In this document: positions 51,611 to 64,000 of the stretch, in pieces
Numbering within the stretch: position 1 is the first letter of the stretch
How the letters are laid out: every line of letters begins with the position of its first letter
Assembly: GCA_951406725.2 (NCBI GenBank)
Contig: OX597817.1
Location: forward strand, 35,216,001 to 35,280,000
Source: Octopus vulgaris
Lineage: Eukaryota
Length of the DNA: 64,000 nucleotides
Direction of reading: 5' to 3'
Notes under the pieces: generated by a model
Told to the model about the DNA's origin: nothing
Seen by the model: the letters and a program-made list of their open reading frames with translations, nothing else
Database searches by the model: none
Position numbers and translations under genes: made by a program

Positions 51611-51730
51611 GCTTACGGCCATATCACGTTGAAAGCACCGGTTCTCGTTCGATCACCGAAGTTAAGCAATATCGTACCTAGTTAGTACTTAGATGGGTGA
51701 CCGCTTGGGAACCCTAGGTGCTGTAAGCAT
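51611..51730 (+). rRNA. 5S rRNA
   Basis: Array copy. Confidence 0.94.
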
Positions 51731-52113
51731 TACCTTTTGTTTTTTGTTGTTTTTTTTTTACTACTACCGAAACTCTGCCTGATTTAACTTCGTCTTTTTA
51801 CGGCTTATGAAATTTTCCTTCTCATTGTAACGGTCATTTGAGTTTTTAGTTACCTAAAACACATTATACAGCAGCAAGTTAGGCAACTACGTTCCTTACA
51901 CGTTGATCTGTACCAGAAAACACCTCACATCTCACGTCGTTAATCTCTAGTTGAGGACTCGGTGAGAAAAATGAAAATGAAATGTAATATATGTTAAATA
52001 AACTGTTGTCAAGGAATGTAAAAAAATATATATTTTAATGAGGATCAACTTATTCTAAAATAAGAAGTTTATTTATCAGTTTATAGAATAAATATATTAA
52101 AATTTACCCTTGA

Positions 52114-52223
52114 GCTTACGGCCATATCACGTTGAAAGCACGGTTCTGTTCGATCACCGAAGTTAGCAACATCAGCCTAGTTAGTACTTAGATGGGTGAC
52201 CGCTTGAACCTGGTGTGTAGCAT
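52114..52223 (+). pseudogene. 5S rRNA copy with ~10 deleted bases (probable consensus error)
   Basis: 110 nt, scattered 1-2-nt deletions. Confidence 0.7.
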
Positions 52224-52496
52224 TCTTTGTTTTTTTTACTACTACCGAAACTCTGCCTGATTTAACTTCGTCTTTTACGGCTTATGAAATTTTCTTCTTT
52301 GTAACGTCATTTGAGTTTTAGTTACCTAAAACACATTATACAGCACAAGTTAGGCAACTACGTTCCTTACACGTTGATCTGTACCAGAAAACACCACATC
52401 TCACGTCGTTAATCTCTAGTTGAGGACTCGGTGAGAAAAATGAAAATGAAATGTAATATATGTTAAATAAACTGTTGTCATTTTAATGAGGATCAT

Positions 52497-52627
52497 GCTT
52501 ATTCGAAGCCATATCACGTTTCACGTTGAAAGCACCGGTTCTCGTTCGATCACCGAAGTTAAGCAACATCGAGCCTAGTTAGTACTTAGATGGGTGACCG
52601 CTTGGGAACCCTAGGTGCTGTAAGCAT
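52497..52627 (+). pseudogene. 5S rRNA copy with scrambled 5' end
   Basis: TCACGTT duplicated and upstream flank missing. Confidence 0.7.
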
Positions 52628-53014
52628 TACCTTTTGTTTTTTTGTTGTTTTTTTTTTACTACTACCGAAACTCTGTCTGATTTAACTTCGTCTTTTTACG
52701 GCTTATGAAATTTTCCTTCTTGTTGTAACGGTCATTTGAGTTTTTAGTTACCTAAAACACATTATACAGCAGCAAGTTAGGCAACTACGTTCCTTACACG
52801 TTGATCTGTACCAGAAAACACCTCACATCTCACGTCGTTAATCTCTAGTTGAGGACTCGGTGAGAAAAATGAAAATGTAATGTAATATATGTTAAATAAA
52901 CTGTTGTCAAGGAATGTAAAAAAATATATATTTTAATGAGGATCAACTTATACTAAACTAAGAAGTTTATTTATCAGTTTATAGAATAAATATATTAAAA
53001 TTTACCACTTTGAT

Positions 53015-53134
53015 GCTTACAGCCATATCACGTTGAAAGCACCGGTTCTCGTTCGATCACCGAAGTTAAGCAACATCGAGCCTAGTTAGTACTTAGATGG
53101 GTGACCGCTTGGGAACCCTAGGTGCTGTAAGCAT
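53015..53134 (+). rRNA. 5S rRNA
   Basis: Array copy. Confidence 0.96.
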
Positions 53135-53521
53135 TACCTTTTGTTTTTTTGTTGTTTTTTTTTTACTACTACCGAAACTCTGCCTGATTTAACTTCGTCT
53201 TTTTACGGCTTATGAAATTTTCCTTCTTGTTGTAACGGTCATTTGAGTTTTTTGTTACCTAAAACACATTATAGAGCAGCAAGTTAGGCAACTACGTTCC
53301 TTAAACGTTGATCTGTACCAGAAAACACCTGACATCTCACGTCGTTAATCTCTAGTTGAGGACTCGGTGAGAAAAATGAAAATGTAACGTAATATATGTT
53401 AAATAAACTGTTGTCAAGGAATGTAAAAAAATATATATTTTAATGAGGATCAACTTATTCTAAAATAAGAAGTTTATTTATCAGTTTATAGAATAAATAT
53501 ATTAAAATTTACCACTTTGAT

Positions 53522-53641
53522 GCTTACGGCCATATCACGTTGAAAGCACCGGTTCTCGTTCGATCACCGAAGTTAAGCAACATCGAGCCTAGTTAGTACT
53601 TAGATGGGTGACCGCTTGGGAACCCTAGGTGCTGTAAGCAT
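53522..53641 (+). rRNA. 5S rRNA
   Basis: Array copy. Confidence 0.96.
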
Positions 53642-54028
53642 TACCTTTTGTTTTTTTGTTGTTTTTTTTTTACTACTACCGAAACTCTGCCTGATTTAAC
53701 TTCGTCTTTTTACGGCTTATGAAATTTTCCTTCTCATTGTAACGGTCATTTGAGTTTTTAGTTACCTAAAACACATTATACAGCAGCAAGTTAGGCAACT
53801 ACGTTCCTTACACGTTGATCTGTACCAGAAAACACCTCACATCTCACGTCGTTAATCTCTAGTTGAGGACTCGGTGAGAAAAATGAAAATGTAACGTAAT
53901 ATATGTTAAATAAACTGTTGTCAAGGAATGTAAAAAAATATATATTTTAATGAGGATCAACTTATTCTAAAATAAGAAGTTTATTTATCAGTTTATAGAA
54001 TAAATATATTAAAATTTACCACTTTGAT

Positions 54029-54148
54029 GCTTACGGCCATATCACGTTGAAAGCACCGGTTCTCGTTCGATCACCGAAGTTAAGCAACATCGAGCCTAGT
54101 TAGTACTTAGATGGGTGACCGCTTGGGAACCCTAGGTGCTGTAAGCAT
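54029..54148 (+). rRNA. 5S rRNA
   Basis: Array copy. Confidence 0.96.
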
Positions 54149-54535
54149 TACCTTTTGTTTTTTTGTTGTTTTTTTTTACTACTACCGAAACTCTGCCTGA
54201 TTTAACTTCGTCTTTTTACGGCTTATGAAATTTTCCTTCTCATTGTAACGGTCATTTGAGTTTTTAGTTACCTAAAACACATTATACAGCAGCAAGTTAG
54301 GCAACTACGTTCCTTACACGTTGATCTGTACCAGAAAACACCTCACATCTCCACGTCGTTAATCTCTAGTTGAGGACTCGGTGAGAAAAATGAAAATGTA
54401 ACGTAATATATGTTAAATAAACTGTTGTCAAGGAATGTAAAAAAATATATATTTTAATGAGGATCAACTTATTCTAAAATAAGAAGTTTATTTATCAGTT
54501 TATAGAATAAATATATTAAAATTTACCACTTTGAT

Positions 54536-54655
54536 GCTTACGGCCATATCACGTTGAAAGCACCGGTTCTCGTTCGATCACCGAAGTTAAGCAACATCGA
54601 GCCTAGTTAGTACTTAGATGGGTGACCGCTTGGGAACCCTAGGTGCTGTAAGCAT
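54536..54655 (+). rRNA. 5S rRNA
   Basis: Array copy. Confidence 0.96.
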
Positions 54656-55042
54656 TACCTTTTGTTTTTTTGTTGTTTTTTTTTTACTACTACCGAAACT
54701 CTGCCTGATTTAACTTCGTCTTTTTACGGCTTATGAAATTTTCCTTCTCATTGTAACGGTCATTTGAGTTTTTAGTTACCTAAAACACATTATACAGCAG
54801 CAAGTTAGGCAACTACGTTCCTTACACGTTGATCTGTACCAGAAAACACCTCACATCTCACGTCGTTAATCTCTAGTTGAGGACTCGGTGAGAAAAATGA
54901 AAATGAAATGTAATATATGTTAAATAAACTGTTGTCAAGGAATGTAAAAAAATATATATTTTAATGAGGATCAACTTATTCTAAAATAAGAAGTTTATTT
55001 ATCAGTTTATAGAATAAATATATTAAAATTTACCACTTTGAT

Positions 55043-55162
55043 GCTTACGGCCATATCACGTTGAAAGCACCGGTTCTCGTTCGATCACCGAAGTTAAGCA
55101 ACATCGAGCCTAGTTAGTACTTAGATGGGTGACCGCTTGGGAACCCTAGGTGCTGTAAGCAT
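55043..55162 (+). rRNA. 5S rRNA
   Basis: Array copy. Confidence 0.96.
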
Positions 55163-55544
55163 TACCTTTTGTTTTTTTGTTGTTTTTTTTTACTACTACC
55201 GAAACTCTGCCTGATTTAACTTCGTCTTTTTACGGCTTATGAAATTTTCCTTCTCATTGTAACGGTCATTTGAGTTTTTAGTTACCTAAAACACATTATA
55301 CAGCAGCAAGTTAGGCAACTACGTTCCTTACACGTTGATCTGTACCAGAAAACACCTCACATCTCACGTCGTTAATCTCTAGTTGAGGACTCGGTGAGAA
55401 AAATGAAAATGAAGTAATATATGTTAAATAAACTGTTGTCAAGGAATGTAAAAAAATATATTTTAATGAGGATCAACTTATTCTAAAATAAGAAGTTTAT
55501 TTATCAGTTTATAGAATAAATATATTAAAATTTACCACTTTGAT

Positions 55545-55664
55545 GCTTACGGCCATATCACGTTGAAAGCACCGGTTCTCGTTCGATCACCGAAGTTAAG
55601 CAACATCGAGCCTAGTTAGTACTTAGATGGGTGACCGCTTGGGAACCCTAGGTGCTGTAAGCAT
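55545..55664 (+). rRNA. 5S rRNA
   Basis: Array copy. Confidence 0.96.
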
Positions 55665-56050
55665 TACCTTTTGTTTTTTTGTTGTTTTTTTTTACTACTA
55701 CCGAAACTCTGCCTGATTTAACTTCGTCTTTTTACGGCTTATGAAATTTTCCTTCTCATTGTAACGGTCATTTGAGTTTTTAGTTACCTAAAACACATTA
55801 TACAGCAGCAAGTTAGGCAACTACGTTCCTTACACGTTGATCTGTACCAGAAAACACCTCACATCTCACGTCGTTAATCTCTAGTTGAGGACTCGGTGAG
55901 AAAAATGAAAATGTAACGTAATATATGTTAAATAAACTGTTGTCAAGGAATGTAAAAAAATATATATTTTAATGAGGATCAACTTATTCTAAAATAAGAA
56001 GTTTATTTATCAGTTTATAGAATAAATATATTAAAATTTACCACTTTGAT

Positions 56051-56170
56051 GCTTACGGCCATATCACGTTGAAAGCACCGGTTCTCGTTCGATCACCGAA
56101 GTTAAGCAACATCGAGCCTAGTTAGTACTTAGATGGGTGACCGCTTGGGAACCCTAGGTGCTGTAAGCAT
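56051..56170 (+). rRNA. 5S rRNA
   Basis: Array copy. Confidence 0.96.
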
Positions 56171-56557
56171 TACCTTTTGTTTTTTGTTGTTTTTTTTTTT
56201 ACTACTACCGAAACTCTGCCTGATTTAACTTCGTCTTTTTACGGCTTATGAAATTTTCCTTCTCATTGTAACGGTCATTTGAGTTTTTAGTTACCTAAAA
56301 CACATTATACAGCAGCAAGTTAGGCAACTACGTTCCTTACACGTTGATCTGTACCAGAAAACACCTCACATCTCACGTCGTTAATCTCTAGTTGAGGACT
56401 CGGTGAGAAAAATGAAAATGTAACGTAATATATGTTAAATAAACTGTTGTCAAGGAATGTAAAAAAATATATATTTTAATGAGGATCAACTTATTCTAAA
56501 ATAAGAAGTTTATTTATCAGTTTATAGAATAAATATATTAAAATTTACCACTTTGAT

Positions 56558-56677
56558 GCTTACGGCCATATCACGTTGAAAGCACCGGTTCTCGTTCGAT
56601 CACCGAAGTTAAGCAACATCGAGCCTAGTTAGTACTTAGATGGGTGACCGCTTGGGAACCCTAGGTGCTGTAAGCAT
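56558..56677 (+). rRNA. 5S rRNA
   Basis: Array copy. Confidence 0.96.
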
Positions 56678-57053
56678 TACCTTTTTTTTTTGTTTTTTTT
56701 TACTACTACCGAAACTCTGCCTGATTTAACTTCGTCTTTTTACGGCTTATGAAATTTTCCTTCTCATTGTAACGTCATTTGAGTTTTTAGTTACCTAAAA
56801 CACATTATACAGCAGCAAGTTAGGCAACTACGTTCCTTACACGTTGATCTGTACCAGAAAACACCTCACATCTCACGTCGTTAATCTCTAGTTGAGGACT
56901 CGGTGAGAAAAATGAAAATGAAGTAATATATGTTAAATAAACTGTTGTCAAGGAATGTAAAAAAATATATTTTAATGAGGATCAACTTATTCTAAAATAA
57001 GAAGTTTATTTATCAGTTTATAGAATAAATATATTAAAATTTACCACTTTGAT

Positions 57054-57173
57054 GCTTACGGCCATATCACGTTGAAAGCACCGGTTCTCGTTCGATCACC
57101 GAAGTTAAGCAACATCGAGCCTAGTTAGTACTTAGATGGGTGACCGCTTGGGAACCCTAGGTGCTGTAAGCAT
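57054..57173 (+). rRNA. 5S rRNA
   Basis: Array copy. Confidence 0.96.
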
Positions 57174-57560
57174 TACCTTTTGTTTTTTTGTTGTTTTTTT
57201 TTTACTACTACCGAAACTCTGCCTGATTTAACTTCGTCTTTTTACGGCTTATGAAATTTTCCTTCTCATTGTAACGGTCATTTGAGTTCTTAGTTACCTA
57301 AAACACATTATACAGCAGCAAGTTAGGCAACTACGTTCCTTACACGTTGATCTGTACCAGAAAACACCTCACATCTCACGTCGTTAATCTCTAGTTGAGG
57401 ACTCGGTGAGAAAAATGAAAATGTAACGTAATATATGTTAAATAAACTGTTGTCAAGGAATGTAAAAAAATATATATTTTAATGAGGATCAACTTATTCT
57501 AAAATAAGAAGTTTATTTATCAGTTTATAGAATAAATATATTAAAATTTACCACTTTGAT

Positions 57561-57680
57561 GCTTACGGCCATATCACGTTGAAAGCACCGGTTCTCGTTC
57601 GATCACCGAAGTTAAGCAACATCGAGCCTAGTTAGTACTTAGATGGGTGACCGCTTGGGAACCCTAGGTGCTGTAAGCAT
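57561..57680 (+). rRNA. 5S rRNA
   Basis: Array copy. Confidence 0.96.
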
Positions 57681-58067
57681 TACCTTTTGTTTTTTTGTTG
57701 TTTTTTTTTTACTACTACCGAAACTCTGCCTGATTTAACTTCGTCTTTTTACGGCTTATGAAATTTTCCTTCTCATTGTAACGGTCATTTGAGTTTTTAG
57801 TTACCTAAAACACATTATACAGCAGCAAGTTAGGCAACTACGTTCCTTACACGTTGATCTGTACCAGAAAACACCTCACATCTCACGTCGTTAATCTCTA
57901 GTTGAGGACTCGGTGAGAAAAATGAAAATGTAACGTAATATATGTTAACTAAACTGTTGTCAAGGAATGTAAAAAAAATATATATTTTAATGAGGATCAA
58001 CTTATTCTAAAATAAGAAGTTTATTTATCAGTTTATAGAATAAATATATTAAAATTTACCATTTGAT

Positions 58068-58187
58068 GCTTACGGCCATATCACGTTGAAAGCACCGGTT
58101 CTCGTTCGATCACCGAAGTTAAGCAACATCGAGCCTAGTTAGTACTTAGATGGGTGACCGCTTGGGAACCCTAGGTGCTGTAAGCAT
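58068..58187 (+). rRNA. 5S rRNA
   Basis: Array copy. Confidence 0.96.
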
Positions 58188-58573
58188 TACCTTTTGTTTT
58201 TTTGTTGTTTTTTTTTTACTACTACCGAAACTCTGCCTGATTTAACTTCGTCTTTTTACGGCTTATGAAATTTTCCTTCTCATTGTAACGGTCATTTGAG
58301 TTTTTAGTTACCTAAAACACATTATACAGCAGCAAGTTAGGCAACTACGTTCCTTACACGTTGATCTTACCAGAAAACACCTCACATCTCACGTCGTTAA
58401 TCTCTAGTTGAGGACTCGGTGAGAAAAATGAAAGTGTAATGTAAGATATGTTAAATAAACTGTTGTCAAGGAATGTAAAAAAATATATATTTTAATGAGG
58501 ATCAACTTATTCTAAAATAAGAAGTTTATTTATCAGTTTATAGAATAAATATATTAAAATTTACCACTTTGAT

Positions 58574-58693
58574 GCTTACGGCCATATCACGTTGAAAGCA
58601 CCGGTTCTCGTTCGATCACCGAAGTTAAGCAACATCGAGCCTAGTTAGTACTTAGATGGGTGACCGCTTGGGAACCCTAGGTGCTGTAAGCAT
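58574..58693 (+). rRNA. 5S rRNA
   Basis: Array copy. Confidence 0.96.
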
Positions 58694-59080
58694 TACCTTT
58701 TGTTTTTTTGTTGTTTTTTTTTTACTACTACCGAAACTCTGCCTGATTTAACTTCGTCTTTTTACGGCTTATGAAATTTTCCTTCTCATTGTAACGGTCA
58801 TTTGAGTTTTTAGTTACCTAAAACACATTATACAGCAGCAAGTTAGGCAACTACGTTCCTTACACGTTGATCTGTACCAGAAAACACCTCACATCTCACG
58901 TCGTTAATCTCTAGTTGAGGACTCGGTGAGAAAAATGAAAATGAAACGTAATATATGTTAAATAAACTGTTGTCAAGGAATGTAAAAAAATATATATTTT
59001 AATGAGGATCAACTTATTCTAAAATAAGAAGTTTATTTATCAGTTTATAGAATAAATATATTAAAATTTACCACTTTGAT

Positions 59081-59200
59081 GCTTACGGCCATATCACGTT
59101 GAAAGCACCGGTTCTCGTTCGATCACCGAAGTTAAGCAACATCGAGCCTAGTTAGTACTTAGATGGGTGACCGCTTGGGAACCCTAGGTGCTGTAAGCAT
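59081..59200 (+). rRNA. 5S rRNA
   Basis: Array copy. Confidence 0.96.
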
Positions 59201-59587
59201 TACCTTTTGTTTTTTTGTTGTTTTTTTTTTACTACTACCGAAACTCTGCCTGATTTAACTTCGTCTTTTTACGGCTTATGAAATTTTCATTCTTGTTGTA
59301 ACGGTCATTTGAGTTTTTAGTTACCTAAAACACATTATAAAGCAGCAAGTTAGGCAACTACGTTCCTTACACGTTGATCTGTACTAGAAAACACCTCACA
59401 TCTCACGTCGTTAATCTCTAGTTGAGGACTCGGTGAGAAAAATGAAAATGAAATGTAATATATGTTAAATAAACTGTTGTCAAGGAATGTAAAAAAATAT
59501 ATATTTTAATGAGGATCAACTTATTCTAAAATAAGAAGTTTATTTATCAGTTTATAGAATAAATATATTAAAATTTACCACTTTGAT

Positions 59588-59707
59588 GCTTACGGCCATA
59601 TCACGTTGAAAGCACCGGTTCTCGTTCGATCACCGAAGTTAAGCAACATCGAGCCTAGTTAGTACTTAGATGGGTGACCGCTTGGGAACCCTAGGTGCTG
59701 TAAGCAT
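59588..59707 (+). rRNA. 5S rRNA
   Basis: Array copy. Confidence 0.96.
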
Positions 59708-60093
59708 TACCTTTTGTTTTTTTGTTGTTTTTTTTTACTACTACCGAAACTCTGCCTGATTTAACTTCGTCTTTTTACGGCTTATGAAATTTTCCTTCTT
59801 GTTGTAACGGTCATTTGAGTTTTTAGTTACCTAAAACACATTATACAGCAGCAAGTTAGGCAACTACGTTACTTACACGTTGATCTGTACCAGAAAACAC
59901 CTCACATCTCACGTCGTCAATCTCTAGTTGAGGACTCGGTGAGAAAAATGAAAATGAAATGTAATATATGTTAAAAAAACTGTTGTCAAGGAATGTAAAA
60001 TAATATATATTTTAATGAGGATCAACTTATTCTAAAATAAGAAGTTTATTTATCAGTTTATAGAATAAATATATTAAAATTTACCACTTTGAT

Positions 60094-60213
60094 GCTTACG
60101 GCCATATCACGTTGAAAGCACCGGTTCTCGTTCGATCACCGAAGTTAAGCAACATCGAGCCTAGTTAGTACTTAGATGGGTGACCGCTTGGGAACCCTAG
60201 GTGCTGTAAGCAT
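60094..60213 (+). rRNA. 5S rRNA
   Basis: Array copy. Confidence 0.96.
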
Positions 60214-60597
60214 TACCTTTTTTTTTTGTTGTTTTTTTTTTACTACTACCGAAACTCTGCCTGATTTAACTTCGTCTTTTTACGGCTTATGAAATTTTCC
60301 TTCTCATTGTAACGGTCATTTGAGTTTTTAGTTACCTAAAACACATTATACAGCAGCAAGTTAGGCAACTACGTTCCTTACACGTTGATCTGTACCAGAA
60401 AACACCTCACATCTCACGTCGTTAATCTCTAGTTGAGGACTCGGTGAGAAAAATGAAAATGTAACGTAATATATGTTAAATAAACTGTTGTCAAGGAATG
60501 TAAAAAAATATATATTTTAATTAGGATCAACTTATTCTAAATAAGAAGTTTACTTATCAGTTTATAGAATAAATATATTAAAATTTACCACTTTGAT

Positions 60598-60717
60598 GCT
60601 TACGGCCATATCACGTTGAAAGCACCGGTTCTCGTTCGATCACCGAAGTTAAGCAACATCGAGCCTAGTTAGTACTTAGATGGGTGACCGCTTGGGAACC
60701 CTAGCTGCTGTAAGCAT
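60598..60717 (+). rRNA. 5S rRNA
   Basis: Array copy. Confidence 0.95.
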
Positions 60718-61091
60718 TTCCTGTAGATTTTTTTTACTAGTACCGAAACTCTGCCTGATTTAACTTCGTCTTTTTACGGCTTATGAAATTTTCCTTCTTG
60801 TTGTAACAGTCATTTGAGTTTTTAGTTACCTAAAACACATTATACAGCAGCAAGTTAGGCAACTACGTTCCTTACACGTTGATCTGTACCAGAAAACACC
60901 TCACATCTCACGTCGTTAATCTCTAGTTGAGGACTCGGTGAGAAAAATGAAAATGTAACGTAATATATGTTAAATAAACTGTTGTCAAGGAATGTAAAAA
61001 ATATATATTTTAATGAGGATCAACTTATTCTAAACTAAGAAGTTTATTTATCAGTTTATAGAATAAATATATTAAAATTTACCATTTTGAG

Positions 61092-61211
61092 GCTTCCGGC
61101 CATATCATGTTGAAAGCACCGGTTCTCGTTCGATCACCGAAGTTAAGCAACATCGAGCCTAGTTAGTACTTAGATGGGTGACCGCTTGGGAACCCTAGGT
61201 GCTGTAAGCGT
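61092..61211 (+). rRNA. 5S rRNA
   Basis: Array copy, GCTTCC variant. Confidence 0.93.
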
Positions 61212-61600
61212 TACCTTTTGTTTTTTTGTTGTTTTTTTTTTACTACTACCGAAACTCTGCCTGATTTAACTTCGTCTTTTTACGGCTTATGAAATTTTCC
61301 TTCTCATTGTAACGGTCATTTGAGTTTTTAGTTACCTAAAACACATTATACAGCAGCAAGTTAGGCAACTACGTTCCTTACACGTTGATCTGTACCAGAA
61401 AACACCTCACATCTCAGGTCGTTAATCTCTAGTTGAGGACTCGGTGAGAAAAATGAAAATGTAACGTAATATATGTTAAATAAAATGTTGTCAAGGAATG
61501 TAAAAAAATATATATTTTAATGAGGATCAACTTATTCTAAAATTTAAGAAGTTTATTTATCAGTTTGTAGAATAAATATATTAAAATTTACGACTTTGAT

Positions 61601-61720
61601 GCTTACGGCCATATCACGTTGAAAGAACCGGTTCTCGTTCGCTCACTGAAGTTAAGCAACATCGAGCCTAGTTAGTACCTAGATGGGTGACCGCTTGGGA
61701 ACCCTAGGTGCTGTAAGCAT
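61601..61720 (+). rRNA. 5S rRNA
   Basis: Array copy, several substitutions. Confidence 0.92.
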
Positions 61721-62117
61721 TACCTTTTTTTTTTTTGTTGTTTTTTTTTTACTACTACCGAAACTCTGCCTGATTTAACTTCGTCTTTTTACGGCTTATG
61801 AAATTTTCCTTCTCATTGTAACGGTCATTTGAGTTTTTAGTTACCTAAAACACATTATACAGCAGCAAGTTAGGCAACTACGTTCCTTACACGTTAAAAA
61901 AAAAGGATCTGTACCAGAAAACACCTCACATCTCACGTCGTCAATCTCTAGTTGAGGACTCGGTGAGAAAAATGAAAATGAAATGTAATATATGTTAAAA
62001 AAACTGTTGTCAAGGAATGTAAAAAAATATATATTTTAATGAGGATCAACTTATTCTAAACTAAGAAGTTTAGTTATCAGTTTATAGAATAAATATATTA
62101 AAATTTACCACTTTGAT

Positions 62118-62237
62118 GCTTACGGCCATATCATGTTGAAAGCACCGGTTCTCGTTCGATCACCGAAGTTAAGCAACATCGAGCCTAGTTAGTACTTAGA
62201 TGGGTGACCGCTTGGGAACCCTAGGTGCTGTAAGCAT
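62118..62237 (+). rRNA. 5S rRNA
   Basis: Array copy. Confidence 0.95.
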
Positions 62238-62623
62238 TACCTTTTGTTTTTTTGTTTTTTTTTTTTACTACTACCGAAACCCTGCCTGATTTAACTTCGT
62301 CTTTTTACGGCTTATGAAATTTTCCTTCTTGTTGTAACGGTCATTTGAGTTTTTAGTTACCTAAAACACATTATACAGAAGCAAGTTAGGCAACTACGTT
62401 CCTTACACGTTGATCTGCACCAGAAAACACCTTACATCTCACGTCGTTAATCTCTAGATGAGGACTCGGTGAGAGAAATGAAAATGAAATGTAATATATG
62501 TTAAATAAACTGTTGTCAAGGAATGTAAAAAAATATATATTTTAATGAGGATCAACTTATTCTAAACTAAGAAGTTTATTTATCAGTTTATAGAATAAAT
62601 ATATTAAAATTTACCATTTTGAG

Positions 62624-62743
62624 GCTTCCGGCCATATCATGTTGAAAGCACCGGTTCTCGTTCGATCACCGAAGTTAAGCAACATCGAGCCTAGTTAGTA
62701 CTTAGATGGGTGACCGCTTGGGAACCCTAGGTGCTGTAAGCAT
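62624..62743 (+). rRNA. 5S rRNA
   Basis: Array copy, GCTTCC variant. Confidence 0.93.
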
Positions 62744-63130
62744 TACCTTTTGTTTTTTGTTGTTTTTTTTTTTACTACTACCGAAACTCTGCCTGATTTA
62801 ACTTCGTCTTTTTACGGCTTATGAAATTTTCCTTCTCATTGTAACGGTCATTTGAGTTTTTAGTTACCTAAAACACATTATACAGCAGCAAGTTAGGCAA
62901 CTACGTTCCTTACACGTTGATCTGTACCAGAAAACACCTCACATCTCACGTCGTTAATCTCTAGTTGAGGACTCGGTGAGAAAAATGAAAATGTAACGTA
63001 ATATATGTTAAATAAACTGTTGTCAAGGAATGTAAAAAAATATATATTTTAATGAGGATCAACTTATTCTAAACTAAGAAGTTTATTTATCAGTTTATAG
63101 AATAAATATATTAAAATTTACAACTTTGAT

Positions 63131-63250
63131 ACTTACGGCCATATCACGTTGAAAGCACCGGTTCTCGTTCGATCACCGAAGTTAAGCAACATCGAGCCTA
63201 GTTAGTACTTAGATGGGTGACCGCTTGGGAACCCTAGGTGCTGTAAGCAT
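63131..63250 (+). rRNA. 5S rRNA
   Basis: Array copy, G1A. Confidence 0.94.
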
Positions 63251-63627
63251 TACCTTGTTGTTTTTTTTTTACTACTACCGAAACTCTGCCTGATTTAACT
63301 TCGTCTTTTTACGGCTTATGAAATTTTCCTTCTCATTGTAACGGTCATTTGAGTTCTTAGTTACCTAAAACACATTATACAGCAGCAAGTTAGGCAACTA
63401 CGTTCCTTACACGTTGATCTGTACCAGAAAACACCTTACATCTCACGTCGTTAATCTCTAGTTGAGGACTCGGTGAGAAAAATGAAAATGTAACGTAATA
63501 TATGTTAAATAAACTGTTGTCAAGGAATGTAAAAAAATATATATTTTAATGAGGATCAACTTATTCTAAAATAAGAAGTTTATTTATCAGTTTATAGAAT
63601 AAATATATTAAAATTTACCATTTTGAT

Positions 63628-63747
63628 GCTTACGGCCATATCATGTTGCAAGCACCGGTTCTCGTTCGATCACCGAAGTTAAGCAACATCGAGCCTAGTT
63701 AGTACTTAGATGGGTGACCGCTCGGGAACCCTAGGTGCTGTAAGCGT
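63628..63747 (+). rRNA. 5S rRNA
   Basis: Array copy. Confidence 0.94.
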
Positions 63748-64000
63748 TACCTTTTGTTTTTTTGTTGTTTTTTTTTACTACTACCGAAACACTGCCTGAT
63801 TTAACTTCGTCTTTTTACGGCTTATGAAATTTTCCTTCTCATTGTAACGGTCATTTGAGTTTTTAGTTACCTAAAACACATTATACAGCAGCAAGTTAGG
63901 CAACTACGTTCCTTACACGTTGATCTGTACCAGAAAACACCTCACATCTCACGTCGTTAATCTCTAGTTGAGGACTCGGTGAGAAAAATGAAAATGTAAC

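Larger units (their letters stand above)
40755..64000 (+). repeat. Simple 5S rDNA tandem array, ~507-bp unit (120-nt gene + ~387-bp spacer), ~46 genes, running off the window
   Basis: Gene starts every ~445-517 bp with a highly similar spacer. Confidence 0.98.

Noticed and set aside
52090-52530. Heavily degenerate 5S copies as real pseudogenes
   Set aside because: Changes are almost all 1-2-nt deletions and scrambled joins amid clean neighbours, typical of a poor long-read consensus or assembly join.
40755-64000. CRISPR-like or novel regular repeat array
   Set aside because: The unit is a 120-nt eukaryotic 5S gene with near-identical spacers. There are no unique spacers or cas genes.

Overview
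Eukaryotic (animal) 5S rDNA locus, probably from an octopus-like cephalopod; the organism is inferred from the SINE and other repeats, recognised from memory. It holds about 68 near-complete 5S rRNA genes and no intact protein-coding gene. (1) 1-~19.7 kb: 3.7 near-identical ~5.23-kb tandem units. Each has three 5S genes in mixed orientation, a Merlin/ISXO2-like fragment and a Helitron helicase fragment interrupted by a SINE; units 1-3 also carry a deleted 5S remnant. (2) 18.3-25.0 kb: a 3.4-kb tandem duplication, overlapping an inverted, SINE-free, ancestral-looking copy of the unit (24.6-29.7 kb). (3) 30-40 kb: transposon-rich. It has MITEs, a decayed Merlin transposase and a 5'-truncated Naiad-like Penelope retroelement (GIY-YIG) between (TA)n tracts, with a type I hammerhead ribozyme. 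It also has a (TA)n-flanked foldback element with two back-to-back hammerheads and an old RTE LINE. (4) 40.8-64 kb: a simple ~507-bp tandem 5S array (~46 genes, + strand) with a one-unit inversion at its edge. The most interesting signals are the three predicted hammerhead ribozymes and the readable history of the complex 5S unit.
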